Source: Thermoanaerobaculia bacterium | Lineage (GTDB): Bacteria; Acidobacteriota; Thermoanaerobaculia; UBA5066 | Direction of reading: 5' to 3' | NCBI GenBank assembly: GCA_963816185.1 | Contig: CAWFJJ010000024.1 | Location: forward strand, 672,001 to 736,000 | Length of the DNA stretch: 64,000 nt | In this document: in pieces, positions 1 to 10,156 of the stretch | How positions within the stretch are numbered: the first letter of the stretch is position 1 | How the letters are laid out: each line of letters starts with the position of its first letter | The notes under the pieces: model-generated | The model's database searches: none | The model's input: only the letters and a program-made list of their open reading frames with translations | Told to the model about the DNA's origin: nothing | Program-made: the position numbers and the translations under genes

Positions 1-1231
1 GATTGCGGAACGCGAGGCTGTGCCGGAAGCTCAAGGTCCCAAGGACCGCGAGGACGCTCACGACGACGGCTGCTCCGGCCCGTCGCGCCGCCGCTCCCCG
101 GTGGAGGACTCGAGACGACGCCCCGCACACCGCACAGGCCGCGAACACGGCGGCGGCCTGATAGGCGAAGTGGTCCGCCACCCAGGAATAGCGCATCGCG
201 TAGACGTTGAAGAACCCCATCGCCGGAAACAGCACTCCGAGAAAGAGAAGGAGGCCGGCGAGCGGCCCCCTCCCAAGACGGCGCCTGAAGAACCACGCCG
301 ACGCCGTTGCCGCGATCACGAATGCGGTCGGAAGCCACTGGGAGAGGACCCGCGGATCGACGTGCCATCGCTCGTAGATGAACGCGAGCTTCGTCGGAAC
401 GACGAGCTTCGCGGCATAGAAGCAGGAGGTCTGTCCGGCGAGGACGATGCGTCCCAGGAGATTCAGGTTCCACTCCGCGCCGGCCGCTTGCACCATGGTG
501 CGCTCGAGCCACGCGGTGTGGAAGGCGAGCCCGGCGCCGAGCGCGAAGAACGGGACGAGAGGCCGGACATCCGACGCTCCGATCCGCCCCTTCTCCCACC
601 AGGCCAGGACGAGAAGAACGGCCGGTACGGCGCAGGCCGTCGTCTTCGAGAAAAGGGCGAGCGCGAGAAATGAGAACGCCAACGCGTACCGTGTTGCCGG
701 CCGATGCGTCCACGGCGTGACCGCACGCGGCTTCCGCTTCTTTCTCGGTTCGGCCGCCTTCGCGCGGGCCTCGAGATAGGCATACCAGGCATGCACCGCG
801 AGAAGCGACAGAAACAGCGAGAGCGTGTTCTTGCGCTCGGTGACCCAGGCGACGGATTCGACGCACACCGGGTGCAGGGCGAAAACCGCGGCGGCGAGCC
901 ACGCCCCGGGTAGGTTCAGGCGGGCCAGAAGCCGCCAGAGAAGCAGGGCCGAACCCGCGTGGAGCAGGATGTTGATGAGGTGATAGCCCAACGGATGGAG
1001 AGCCCACAGGCGCTTCTCGATCCAGAACGACGTGAAGACCATCGGGTAGTACTGCTCGTTCGCCTTCGGCTCGGTCCAGATGGTCTGGAGCCCGTCGAGC
1101 GTGTCAAGCGTTCGGTTCTCCGTCAGGTAGGTGTCGTCGTTCCAGATGAAGCCCGCCCGGAAGACCGGGAGATACGCCGCGACGACGGCGGCCACCATCG
1201 CCAGAGCGAGAAAGAGAGCCTTCCTTTGCAC
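1..1231 (-). CDS. TMTC-like/GT-C-type multi-pass membrane protein (partial, runs off window start)
   Basis: GTG at 1231; own translation gives GFIWNDDTYLTEN, YYPMVFTSFW, YHLINILLH, FALHPVCVESVAWVTERKN and RYSWVADHFAY, typical of bacterial TMTC-like proteins; no stop seen in the parts translated. Confidence 0.75.
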   Translation of the reverse strand, partial: MQRKALFLALAMVAAVVAAYLPVFRAGFIWNDDTYLTENRTLDTLDGLQTIWTEPKANEQYYPMVFTSFWIEKRLWALHPLGYHLINILLHAGSALLLWRLLARLNLPGAWLAAAVFALHPVCVESVAWVTERKNTLSLFLSLLAVHAWYAYLEARAKAAEPRKKRKPRAVTPWTHRPATRYALAFSFLALALFSKTTACAVPAVLLVLAWWEKGRIGASDVRPLVPFFALGAGLAFHTAWLERTMVQAAGAEWNLNLLGRIVLAGQTSCFYAAKLVVPTKLAFIYERWHVDPRVLSQWLPTAFVIAATASAWFFRRRLGRGPLAGLLLFLGVLFPAMGFFNVYAMRYSWVADHFAYQAAAVFAACAVCGASSRVLHRGAAARRAGAAVVVSVLAVLGTLSFRHSLAFRN

Positions 1232-1303
1232 CGGCACACGATATGCCAACGGCCGGACCGCGAAAGCGGCCGGCCGCCCCGAATGCCGAGCTCCGGGCGC
1301 GCG

Positions 1304-1726
1304 CTACGCCAGGTGCAGGTCGATCAGGCCGTGCTGATGGAACGCGCCGATGCGCGGCGCGAAGAGCCCGATGAGGAAGAGCACGAACGCGCCTCCGGCC
1401 ACCGCAGACAGCACGAGGAGCGGCGTGAAGCGGGCCGCGAGGATCTGGTCGGCGTTGTTCACGCGGACAGTGGCCTCGACGACGGCCTTCAGCCCTGTGT
1501 CCGTCGTGATGAGGAGCCGCTTGTCCGTGACGGCTTTCTGGAGCGGCACGTCGGCCACGAGCACCTCGATCCGGTCCGACGTCGTCGAAAGCGGCAGCGC
1601 GAGGTGAGCCGGGGTCCAGGTCGCGTTGACCGGCTGATTCTGGACGCGCCAGAGCCCGGCCAGCGCGACGACGAGGACGATTCCCCCTCCGAGCAGGGCA
1701 AACAGCCGGAAATGACTCTTGGGCAT
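1304..1726 (-). CDS. hypothetical two-TM membrane protein
   Basis: MPKSHFRLFALLGGGIVLVVALAG; two hydrophobic segments; GGAGG upstream. Confidence 0.6.
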   Translation of the reverse strand: MPKSHFRLFALLGGGIVLVVALAGLWRVQNQPVNATWTPAHLALPLSTTSDRIEVLVADVPLQKAVTDKRLLITTDTGLKAVVEATVRVNNADQILAARFTPLLVLSAVAGGAFVLFLIGLFAPRIGAFHQHGLIDLHLA

Positions 1727-1847
1727 GACGAAACCTCCCACTTCCGCGGCGGGGGCACCGCACTTTCCGGGATCCCTCAAATACTTAGGGCGCAGCCCGA
1801 AACCCGGTCAAGGGATGCGTTTGCATCTGATGCCCCAAGGGGAGAAT

Positions 1848-1932
1848 GAGGAGGAGATTTCTTAGAAAGGAAAGAGGAATCCGGCGCGCATCGCGAACAC
1901 ACCCTTCTAAGAAAATCTTCTTCTTTCCCTCT
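1848..1932. repeat. inverted pair of the dispersed GATTTCTTMGAA motif
   Basis: GATTTCTTAGAA at 1856-1867 and TTCTAAGAAAATC at 1905-1917, with complementary purine/pyrimidine flanks, just past the ABC operon stop. Confidence 0.75.
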
Positions 1933-1933
1933 T

Positions 1934-2782
1934 CTACTTGACCGCGCCGACCGTGAATCCGGCGATGAAGCGGTCCAGGAACAGGTTGTAGATGACGGCG
2001 ATCGGGAGGCTCGCGACGAGGCAGGCCGCCATCAGCGAGCCCCAGTAATAGACGTCGCCGCGCACCAGAAAGATCGGGATGCCCACGCCGACCATCTGAT
2101 TGGACTCGGGCGAGATGAAGGTCAGGGCGTAGACGAACTCCTGGGTCACCAGCGTGAACGTAAAAATGACGACGGTCAGGATCCCGGAGACGGAGATCGG
2201 CACGACCATCCGAAGGAAAGCGCCGAAGCGCGTCAGGCCGTCCACCATGGCCGCGTCCTCGAGCTCCTTCGGGATGGACTTGAAGAAACCCATGAGCAGC
2301 CAGATCGAGAAAGGAATCGTCATGCTCGGGTAGACGAGCACCACGGAAAAGATGCTGTCCTGCAGTCCCAGGATCGCGACGACCCGCGAGAGAGGAATGA
2401 AGAGCAGGGTCGGTGGAATCAGATAGGTGAGAAAGATGGCGATCCCCAGCCGCTCGCCCCAGCGGCCGGCCAGGCGGGCGAGCGCATACGCCGCCGGCAC
2501 GGAAAGGAGAAGCGTGATGGCGACGACGAGCACGCCCACGAGCGCCGTATTGCCCAGCCAGCGGACGAAACGCGTCTCGGTGAACAGGAACTTGAGGTGC
2601 TCGAGCGTCGGTGGGAGGTTGAAGAGGAACGGGTTGTTCTCGACCGTGTAGAGGTCGATGTTCTGCTTGAACGTGGCGACGAGCATCCAGAAGAAGGGAA
2701 ACGCCAGGGCGACGACGAAGAAGGCCAGCACGAAGACATGGAGGGTCCTGGCGCCGAGTCTGCGGAGCGTACTGCGTTCCAT
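1934..2782 (-). CDS. carbohydrate ABC transporter permease (MalG-like)
   Basis: EAA loop IPKELEDAAMVDG; C-terminal GFTVGAVK; ATG overlaps the upstream stop. Confidence 0.9.
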   Translation of the reverse strand: MERSTLRRLGARTLHVFVLAFFVVALAFPFFWMLVATFKQNIDLYTVENNPFLFNLPPTLEHLKFLFTETRFVRWLGNTALVGVLVVAITLLLSVPAAYALARLAGRWGERLGIAIFLTYLIPPTLLFIPLSRVVAILGLQDSIFSVVLVYPSMTIPFSIWLLMGFFKSIPKELEDAAMVDGLTRFGAFLRMVVPISVSGILTVVIFTFTLVTQEFVYALTFISPESNQMVGVGIPIFLVRGDVYYWGSLMAACLVASLPIAVIYNLFLDRFIAGFTVGAVK

Positions 2783-3669
2783 CAGGCCACCTCGGCGCGA
2801 TGTGCGACGCGCAGCATGAGGTACGCGACCGCGACGAGGACCGGCACGAGAAAGAGCGAGATCGCCGCTCCCGCGGCCAGGTCGCTGCCGGCGATCCCCG
2901 TCGCGAAGGCGAGAGACGGCAAGGTCTGGGTCGAATCGAAGGGTCCGCCGGCCGTCAGGATGTAGACGACGATCATGTCGGTGAACGTGAAAACCGTCCC
3001 GAAAAGGACGGCCACCGAGAGGATGGGGGTCATCATCGGGATGTTGATCTGAAAGAGAGTGCGCCAGAAGCCGGCGCCGTCGATCGCAGCCGCCTCCGGG
3101 ATCTCCTTCGGGATGGCGGAGAGACCCGCCAGGATGATCACGGTGGAAAACGGAATCAGACGCCAGCAATGGACGAGGATGACGGAGGCCATGGCGAGGT
3201 GCGGCTCCCCGAGCCACATCGGAGCGCTGTACGGCTTGTACAGATGCACCGCGACGAGCACCCACGTGATTACGCTGTAGATCGAGTCGAGGATCCACTT
3301 CCAGCCGATCGTGCCGAGAGAGACCGGGGCCACCCACGGCAGCAGGATCAGGAAACGGACCAGACCGCGGCCGCGAAAGGGCTTCTCCAGGGCGATCGAG
3401 AGAATCGTCGAGCACACGACGACGACGACCTGAGCGCAGACGGTGAACACGATGGAATTCTGAATCGCCTTCCGAAAGCTGGGGCTTTGCAGGATGCTCC
3501 GGAAATTCTCCAGGCCGACGAAATGAAACTCCGTACTGCCGATCCGCGCGTCGCTGAAGGCATAGAGCACGGCGAGAACGAGCGGCACTCCGACGAGCGC
3601 GACGATGTAGAAGACCGCTGGGAGCAGCATCGCCTGGCCCAGCCAGCGGTCGCCTGATCGCGCGCTCAC
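2782..3669 (-). CDS. carbohydrate ABC transporter permease (MalF-like)
   Basis: FVGLENF; EAAAIDGAG EAA loop; multiple TM segments. Confidence 0.9.
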   Translation of the reverse strand: MSARSGDRWLGQAMLLPAVFYIVALVGVPLVLAVLYAFSDARIGSTEFHFVGLENFRSILQSPSFRKAIQNSIVFTVCAQVVVVVCSTILSIALEKPFRGRGLVRFLILLPWVAPVSLGTIGWKWILDSIYSVITWVLVAVHLYKPYSAPMWLGEPHLAMASVILVHCWRLIPFSTVIILAGLSAIPKEIPEAAAIDGAGFWRTLFQINIPMMTPILSVAVLFGTVFTFTDMIVVYILTAGGPFDSTQTLPSLAFATGIAGSDLAAGAAISLFLVPVLVAVAYLMLRVAHRAEVA

Positions 3670-4691
3670 GTCTTCCGGGCTCCCGTCGCCGCGTCGAAGA
3701 GCTTCAGGTGGCGCTTTTCGATGGCGAAATCGTACGTCGCGTCCTTCGTGAAGAGGCCTGCGTGCGTCGAGGCGATGCGCGAGACGACCTTCTGTCCTGC
3801 GAAGGGGCCGTCGTGGAGCGTGCCGTAGAGCATGCGCTCGGCGCCGAGGTATTCCTCGTGGCTGAACGTGAGGCGCATCGCGACGGAATCCGGAACGGCC
3901 GCGGCCCGGGCGGGGAGGAAGTGCTCCGGGCGGAAGCCGGTGATCCCGTCCGCGCCGGGCACGAGATTCATGGGGGGCGAGCCGAGGAACGTCGCGACGA
4001 ACGTGTCGGCGGGCTCGTCGTAGACGTCGGCCGGCGTCCCGATCTGACGGACGACACCCTGGTGCAGCACGACGACACGGTCGCCCATGGCCATGGCCTC
4101 GACCTGGTCGTGCGTCACGTAGATCGTCGTCGTCCCGACGCTCTTGTGGAACTGCTCGAGCTCCTCTCGCGCGCTCAAGCGGAGCTTCGCGTCGAGGTTC
4201 GAGAGGGGCTCGTCAAGGAGGAATACCGCCGGCTCGCGGACGATGGCGCGGGCGAGCGCGACGCGCTGCCGCTCGCCGCCGGACAGCTCTCGCGGCTTGC
4301 GCTCCAGCAACCTGCCGATGCCGAGAAGCCCCGCGGCCCATTCCACTTTCTTCTTGTGCTGCTCCCGCGGGACCCCCTGCGCCTTGAGAGGGAAGGCGAT
4401 GTTCTTGTAGACGGTGAGGTGGGGATAGAGCGCGTAGCTCTGGAACACCATGGCGATCCGGCGCTCGCGCGGCGACAGGCGGTTCACGATTTGCCCGCCG
4501 ATCAGGATCTCCCCCGAGGTCGGGGTCTCCAGACCCGCGATCATCCGGAGGAGGGTGGTCTTCCCGGAGCCCGAAGGCCCCAGGAAGACCAGAAACTCAC
4601 CCTCTTTCGTCGCCAGGTTTACGTCGTTGACTGCTCCGAGCTCGCCTTCCTTGAAGACCTTCGTGAGGTTTCGTGTTTCGACGACCGCCAT
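3666..4691 (-). CDS. sugar ABC transporter ATP-binding protein (MalK-like)
   Basis: Walker A GPSGSGKT, LSGGERQ signature, LLDEPLSNLD. Confidence 0.95.
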   Translation of the reverse strand: MAVVETRNLTKVFKEGELGAVNDVNLATKEGEFLVFLGPSGSGKTTLLRMIAGLETPTSGEILIGGQIVNRLSPRERRIAMVFQSYALYPHLTVYKNIAFPLKAQGVPREQHKKKVEWAAGLLGIGRLLERKPRELSGGERQRVALARAIVREPAVFLLDEPLSNLDAKLRLSAREELEQFHKSVGTTTIYVTHDQVEAMAMGDRVVVLHQGVVRQIGTPADVYDEPADTFVATFLGSPPMNLVPGADGITGFRPEHFLPARAAAVPDSVAMRLTFSHEEYLGAERMLYGTLHDGPFAGQKVVSRIASTHAGLFTKDATYDFAIEKRHLKLFDAATGARKT

Positions 4692-4703
4692 CGAGCGCCC
4701 GCG

Positions 4704-6044
4704 CTACTTCCACCGGGCGAAGATGCGCTTGTACTCGGCTTCCGCCGCCTTCGCGGCGTCCTCCGGTGACTGATCCCCTCGCGCGACGGTCGCGAACATC
4801 GTCGGAATGACCCAGGTGCTGAATGCTTCGGAGATGCCCGCGGTCGCGTAGCCCGGATAGCCGACGTTCGTGGCCCAGTCGAGGACGTTCCCGAGGACCT
4901 TGTATTTGTCCGGCGGATTCGCCCGCGGATCGTTCGCGATCAGCTTCTGGAGGTCCGGGACCGTCGAGGGGAAGCAAGGGAAGTTGTAGAACTCCCCGGC
5001 GGCGAAGCCCTCATGGAAATGGTCCATGAAGTCGATCAGGAACTGCTGCGCGCCTTCCTTGTTCTCCGCGAATTCCCAGATCACGTAGCAGTTCATGACG
5101 TGCTCGGCCGCGATCCGGCGGACCGGGCCCTTCAGCGCCGGGCTGATCATGATCTTGCTGTCGATGGGGAGTTTCTCCCTCTCCGACTGGCGCGTGACGG
5201 AGATGGCGTTCATCACGAAAGAGACGCGTCCGGCGAGCATCGCCTGGTTGTTCGAGGGAGGAGTCCAGGTGAAGACCTCCGGTGTCTCGGACTTCTGGTA
5301 GAGCTCCTTCATGAACTTCAGGGCTTCGATGGTCTGCTTCGAGTTGATCGTGACGTTTCCGGCCTCGTCCTGCTCGGCCCCGCCGAACGACCAGAGAAGG
5401 GCGCGCATGGCCATGCTGGTGTCGAGCTCCTGTCCGAGGCCGACTCCGCACGGGTGGCCGCTCTTCTCCCGGATCTTCGTCGCTCCCTTGAGCAGGTCGT
5501 CCCAGGTGTCCGGCCCTTTCGGGAATCCGGCTTCCGTCCACCAGTCTTTGTGCCAGTTGCCCGGGTCGGGGGTGTACGCGTCGGAGAAGGCGAAGTATTT
5601 CTTCGTCTTCGGGTTGTAGGTGGACTTGTGGGCCAGGTCGATCTTCTTCCCGTGCTTTCTCTCCACCTCCTGGTACACGTGACTCATGTCGATGACTTGC
5701 TTCTCGTAGGACGCGGGCGGAGAAAGGAACATGAAGAGGTCGTGGCCCTTCTTCGCCGAGACCTCGGAGGCGGCCCGGGCGTTGAGGTCGACCAGGTTGA
5801 TGTTGTCGACGATCACGTTGGTGTTGTTCTTCTTGCCCCACTCCTTGGTGTACGTGCCGTTGAACCACGTGTCCCAGGCGGGAACGAAATGGCTCCACTG
5901 GATGATTTTCAGCGTCTTGGGCTGGGCGTCGGCCCGGCCGGCGAACAGGAACGCGGGCCCTCCGACGCCGGCAGCGAGTGCGCCGCCTCCGGCAAGCTTC
6001 GTGAACGTTCGGCGAGTGATTCCACGGGGCTGCTTCCTCTTCAT
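4704..6044 (-). CDS. ABC transporter substrate-binding protein with Tat signal
   Basis: Twin-arginine TRRTFTK leader; family-1 SBP features (PDTWDDL); first gene of the ABC operon. Confidence 0.85.
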   Translation of the reverse strand: MKRKQPRGITRRTFTKLAGGGALAAGVGGPAFLFAGRADAQPKTLKIIQWSHFVPAWDTWFNGTYTKEWGKKNNTNVIVDNINLVDLNARAASEVSAKKGHDLFMFLSPPASYEKQVIDMSHVYQEVERKHGKKIDLAHKSTYNPKTKKYFAFSDAYTPDPGNWHKDWWTEAGFPKGPDTWDDLLKGATKIREKSGHPCGVGLGQELDTSMAMRALLWSFGGAEQDEAGNVTINSKQTIEALKFMKELYQKSETPEVFTWTPPSNNQAMLAGRVSFVMNAISVTRQSEREKLPIDSKIMISPALKGPVRRIAAEHVMNCYVIWEFAENKEGAQQFLIDFMDHFHEGFAAGEFYNFPCFPSTVPDLQKLIANDPRANPPDKYKVLGNVLDWATNVGYPGYATAGISEAFSTWVIPTMFATVARGDQSPEDAAKAAEAEYKRIFARWK

Positions 6045-6196
6045 GACAGCACTCCTCCGGCCGATTTCGGCCTCCAAGTCATCAGTGAAAGGGAACCGGC
6101 TTCGACTCCGATCGTGAGGCGAATGAGATCACCCCGCATCGCGAGGGTCAACAGCCATTAGCGATTCTCAGTCGCGACCTGATAGCCTGTAGGAGC

Positions 6197-7765
6197 GTGA
6201 AGAGACTCCGGGTAGGGATCATCGATCTCGTCGCAAAGGGACCCACGGACGCCCTTTACGCCCGCGTCATGAACGCGAACCTCGCGAGCATCATGCCGCA
6301 GGTCGTCGGGGTGTGGTGCGAAGCGCGCGGGCACGAGGTCACATACGTCTGCTACACGGGCCTCGAGAACCTGGACGACGAGCTGCCGGGCAACGTCGAT
6401 GTCGTATTCATCTGCGCGTTCACCGAGGCGGCGTTTCTCGCGTACGCGCTGAGCAACCTCTTCCGGTCGCGGGGAGCCGTGACGGCCCTGGGCGGGCCGC
6501 ACGCCCGCTGTTATCCGGAAGACGCGCGCCGGTACTTCGATTACGTGCTCGGCTTCACGGACGAGGCGCTGATCGATGAGCTGCTCCAGGATTGCAGCAG
6601 ACACCGCCCCGTGGGTCTCCACCTCCACGCGCCGCGCCAGCCGCTGGCTCTTCCCGGGGTCCGGGAACGGTGGAAGTTCATCGAGCCGACTCTCCGGAAG
6701 GCGCCCCTGATCAAGATGATCCCGATTCTGGGAAGTCTGGGATGCCCCTACACCTGCAGCTTCTGCATCGATTCCGTCGTGCCGTACCAGCCGCTCGACC
6801 TGGAGGTCCTCCGGGAGGATCTGCGTTTCATTGTCCGGAAGGTCAAGAAGCCGCTCGTCGGGTGGCACGATCCGAACTTCGGCGTGAGGTTCGACCAGTT
6901 CCTGGACGTGATCGAGGATGCGATCCCGCCGGGGAGCATCACCTTCATCGCGGAGAGCAGCCTGTCGCTGCTTTCCGAGCCCCACCTGAAGCGACTGCGA
7001 CGGAACGGATTCAAGGCCGTCCTTCCGGGGGTCGAATCCTGGTACGACCTCGGCAACAAGTCGATGACGGGCCGGAAGACGGGGATGGAGAAAGTCAGGG
7101 AAGTGTCCGACCACGTCAACCTGATCCTGCGATACCTGCCGTACGTCCAGACGAACTTCGTTCTCGGCCTCGACGGCGAATCGGGCGCCGAACCGTTCGA
7201 GCTCACGAAGCGGTTCGTCGACCTGACCCCGGGCGCGTTCCCCGGCTACTCGCTTCTCTCGGCATTCGGGCGCGCGGCGCCGCTCAATCTGGATTACCAG
7301 CGCGCGAACCGTGTGCTTCCGTTTCCATTCCACTTCCTCGACAACAACCACGCGATGAACGTGCGGCCGCAGAACTACGCCTGGAAGGACTTCTACGATC
7401 ACGTGATCGACCTGACCCGATATACCTTTTCGTGGAAAGCGATTTTCAAACGGTTCGTCGCCACGAATGCCGCGATCCCGCGCTGGATGAACGTCGTGCG
7501 CGCGATCTCCTCGGAGGGCTCCGGCCGGATCGCGTACTACAGAGAGGTGCGACGACGGCTGGACACCGACGGGCAGATGCAGCGCTATTTCGCTCAGGAG
7601 ACGGACGCCCTCCCGGAGTTCTACGCGCAGCAGGTGAGCCGGGATCTCGGATCGCTGTTTCCATTCCTGCCCGCAGGAAGCATGTTCCACGATCACAAGG
7701 CTTACCTCACGTCCGAGGGGCCGCCGCGCGAGGTCCCGCGCCACGAGGAATTGGCGGCCGTCTGA
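6197..7765 (+). CDS. cobalamin-binding-domain radical SAM protein
   Basis: CPYTCSFC (CxxxCxxC); N-terminal B12-binding-like region with LGGPHA. Confidence 0.85.
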   Translation: MKRLRVGIIDLVAKGPTDALYARVMNANLASIMPQVVGVWCEARGHEVTYVCYTGLENLDDELPGNVDVVFICAFTEAAFLAYALSNLFRSRGAVTALGGPHARCYPEDARRYFDYVLGFTDEALIDELLQDCSRHRPVGLHLHAPRQPLALPGVRERWKFIEPTLRKAPLIKMIPILGSLGCPYTCSFCIDSVVPYQPLDLEVLREDLRFIVRKVKKPLVGWHDPNFGVRFDQFLDVIEDAIPPGSITFIAESSLSLLSEPHLKRLRRNGFKAVLPGVESWYDLGNKSMTGRKTGMEKVREVSDHVNLILRYLPYVQTNFVLGLDGESGAEPFELTKRFVDLTPGAFPGYSLLSAFGRAAPLNLDYQRANRVLPFPFHFLDNNHAMNVRPQNYAWKDFYDHVIDLTRYTFSWKAIFKRFVATNAAIPRWMNVVRAISSEGSGRIAYYREVRRRLDTDGQMQRYFAQETDALPEFYAQQVSRDLGSLFPFLPAGSMFHDHKAYLTSEGPPREVPRHEELAAV

Positions 7766-7778
7766 GATACTCCCGGCC

Positions 7779-8738
7779 GTGAGGCGGGGGCTGGTTCTTT
7801 TACTCTTGCTCGCGGCGTCTCCCGCGCTGCCGTGCTCGATCTGTCGCTGCGGGGACGTGACGTTCAACGCGCTCGGCCCGAACGTTTTCGCCGAGGGAAA
7901 ATTCCGACTCGCGCTCGACTGGGACCGCTTCGACAAGGACAGCGCGATCGCGGCGGGCGTGGATCTGCGCGCCCTTCGGCATCGCCTCGGCACCGAACCG
8001 ACGGCGGGCCTCGATGCGGAGGTCGAGAACCGGTTCACCGCCGCCTTCTCGTACGTGTTCGGCGAACGCGTCGTCGCCGTCGTTCGCGTGCCGTGGAGTC
8101 AGAAGCGGCTCACGTCCACCGATGTCGGCTCGGACATCTCGGAGACGAGCCGGACGAGCGACCTGTCTGATCCCGAGCTCTATGCCCTCGTCCGCCTCTG
8201 GTCCGCGCCCTTCGACCCCGCTCTCGGGAGGCGCGGGTGGGCGTCCCTCGTCGGGGGCGTGAAGACACCCTGGGGAAGAAACGACCTGTCCGAGGGCGGA
8301 GTGCGCCTCGACGAGCACCTCCAGTCCGGAACAGGCGCGACGGACGTCTTCGGCGGCCTCTCGATGGTGGCCTTCATCGACATAAACTCATCCATCCTCG
8401 CCTCGGCCCAGTACCGCGGAACGGGTACGAATGACTTCGGGTACCGGTACGGGAACGTGACCCTCGTGAACGCGGCATACGAGCACAAGCTGGGGAGCGC
8501 CGTGGATGCCCTGCTCGAGCTGAATTACCGCCACGCGCAGCAGGATCGCGTGAACGACGCGGGAGACCTCGACCCGAACACCGGGGGCGACATCGTCTAC
8601 CTGACGCCGCGGGCCGTGATCGATCTCGGCCGAGGCGTCGCGGGCCGCGCCGCGATCCAGATTCCGCTCGTTCGCGCGCTCTACGGCGAGCAAACGGAGC
8701 GGTTCGTGGCGAGCCTCGGGTTGACGTACCTCTTCTGA
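7779..8738 (+). CDS. outer-membrane beta-barrel 'transporter' (MetA-pathway/SphA-like)
   Basis: Signal peptide, CSICRC after cleavage site, LQSGTGATD, NTGG, C-terminal GLTYLF. Confidence 0.65.
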   Translation: MRRGLVLLLLLAASPALPCSICRCGDVTFNALGPNVFAEGKFRLALDWDRFDKDSAIAAGVDLRALRHRLGTEPTAGLDAEVENRFTAAFSYVFGERVVAVVRVPWSQKRLTSTDVGSDISETSRTSDLSDPELYALVRLWSAPFDPALGRRGWASLVGGVKTPWGRNDLSEGGVRLDEHLQSGTGATDVFGGLSMVAFIDINSSILASAQYRGTGTNDFGYRYGNVTLVNAAYEHKLGSAVDALLELNYRHAQQDRVNDAGDLDPNTGGDIVYLTPRAVIDLGRGVAGRAAIQIPLVRALYGEQTERFVASLGLTYLF

Positions 8739-8753
8739 CGGCCGCGTCAAGTC

Positions 8754-9374
8754 CTACTCGGCGATATCGGTCTCAGTGGATCCGGCGGGGGCCGCGCGGA
8801 AGACGAGCGGCACTGAGCCCAGGCGGATCTCGTCCCCGTCGGCCAGCTCGACTCGGCCCTCGACCCGCTGGCCCTTTAACCAGGTGCCGTTCTTGCTGCC
8901 AAGATCCTCCAGCGTCGCGGTGTCGCCCGAGATGAGGATCCGTGCATGGCGCCGCGAGATGGACTTCATCGAGATCACGACCGACACGTCGTCGTCCCGC
9001 CCCAGGACGTTCTCGCCCGGGTGCAGGTCGAAATCCCGGGCCAGGTGTGTCACGCGAAACCGCGCGACAGAGGCGGGCGCGTCGAAGCGGAAGGCGTAAC
9101 CGAACCCATAAGCGGTCTTGAGGAAGCGGGGGCTCCGCGCGTCCTCGCCGATGGCGGACCGCACTTCGGAGACGAGGCTCTTGAGGTTCGACTCCTCCAC
9201 GAAGACGCGTGGCCAGAGCGACTCGTAGAGGCTCGCCTTGGAGACGGCCTTCGGTGCGTTATCGATGAGGAGCTCCAGAAGGCGAAAGGCCTTGGGCGAG
9301 ACGTGAACTGGCTTTCTTCCACGCCGAAGCTCGCGTGCCTCCGCGTCGAACAGAAACTCGCCGAATCGGATCAT
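8754..9374 (-). CDS. winged-helix (OmpR/CadC-type) plus FHA domain regulator
   Basis: IRFGEF...LWPRVFVEESNL...GFGYAF; FHA motifs LGR, SRRHA, DLGSKNGT. Confidence 0.9.
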   Translation of the reverse strand: MIRFGEFLFDAEARELRRGRKPVHVSPKAFRLLELLIDNAPKAVSKASLYESLWPRVFVEESNLKSLVSEVRSAIGEDARSPRFLKTAYGFGYAFRFDAPASVARFRVTHLARDFDLHPGENVLGRDDDVSVVISMKSISRRHARILISGDTATLEDLGSKNGTWLKGQRVEGRVELADGDEIRLGSVPLVFRAAPAGSTETDIAE

Positions 9375-9454
9375 CGAAACCTACCGGATTCCTACGATTT
9401 CCTCACGACTTCCGGCGCGCGGGAAGGCACGTTGTAGGCGGAAAGGAGAACGCC

Positions 9455-10144
9455 ATGAATCTACATCGAAACCGCGCGCCCGCTTTTCTTCTCCCGCTGC
9501 TTTTCCTGATCGTTTCTCCAGCGATGCTAGCGCAGGCCATGAGGGCCGAGAACGACGACGTCCGGCTGCCGGAGGCCGTCACCGAGGGCCAGCTGCTCTT
9601 CGAGTTCGTCGGGCAGGTCTCAAACTTCACCCCGACCACCTCCACACAGTACGGCTACTTCACGTGGGTTCGTGATGTCGACACGCTTTTTTCGGGAAGT
9701 CCCGCTAACGAGACGTCCGCACGGTTCACGTTCTACCGCGAGATGACGAACGTCAATGTCGTCATCAATGGCACACTCAAGATCATCTCCCGCGAGGGGA
9801 CCACGACGCTCTATCTACAGCCGTCCGGCGGCGCCACGTTCTCGAATCCCGACTCGTTCCGGGCGGGCACGGCCATCCAGACATCCCGCTCGCATCAGCA
9901 GGTCATCGTCGACACCGTGACCTCGGCGTTCACGGTGGTCAACTTCGAAACCGTCACGGCGACGCCGCGATTCATGCTCGACGGACACGACACGACTCTG
10001 GGCCGCGTCGGAGACGTTTACCGCACGTCCAAGCAGGGCCACCTCTTCTCGCCGAGCCCCGCGGGCTATTTCAGCGGCTACTCCGTCAGCGTCGCCCGAA
10101 CGACGGGCGGCCTCCTCTCGGGAAGCGGCGCGATTCAGGAATAG
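9455..10144 (+). CDS. secreted hypothetical protein
   Basis: AGGAG RBS, signal peptide, beta-rich body; divergent from the FHA regulator. Confidence 0.7.
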   Translation: MNLHRNRAPAFLLPLLFLIVSPAMLAQAMRAENDDVRLPEAVTEGQLLFEFVGQVSNFTPTTSTQYGYFTWVRDVDTLFSGSPANETSARFTFYREMTNVNVVINGTLKIISREGTTTLYLQPSGGATFSNPDSFRAGTAIQTSRSHQQVIVDTVTSAFTVVNFETVTATPRFMLDGHDTTLGRVGDVYRTSKQGHLFSPSPAGYFSGYSVSVARTTGGLLSGSGAIQE

Positions 10145-10156
10145 AGCCGCGGAAGT

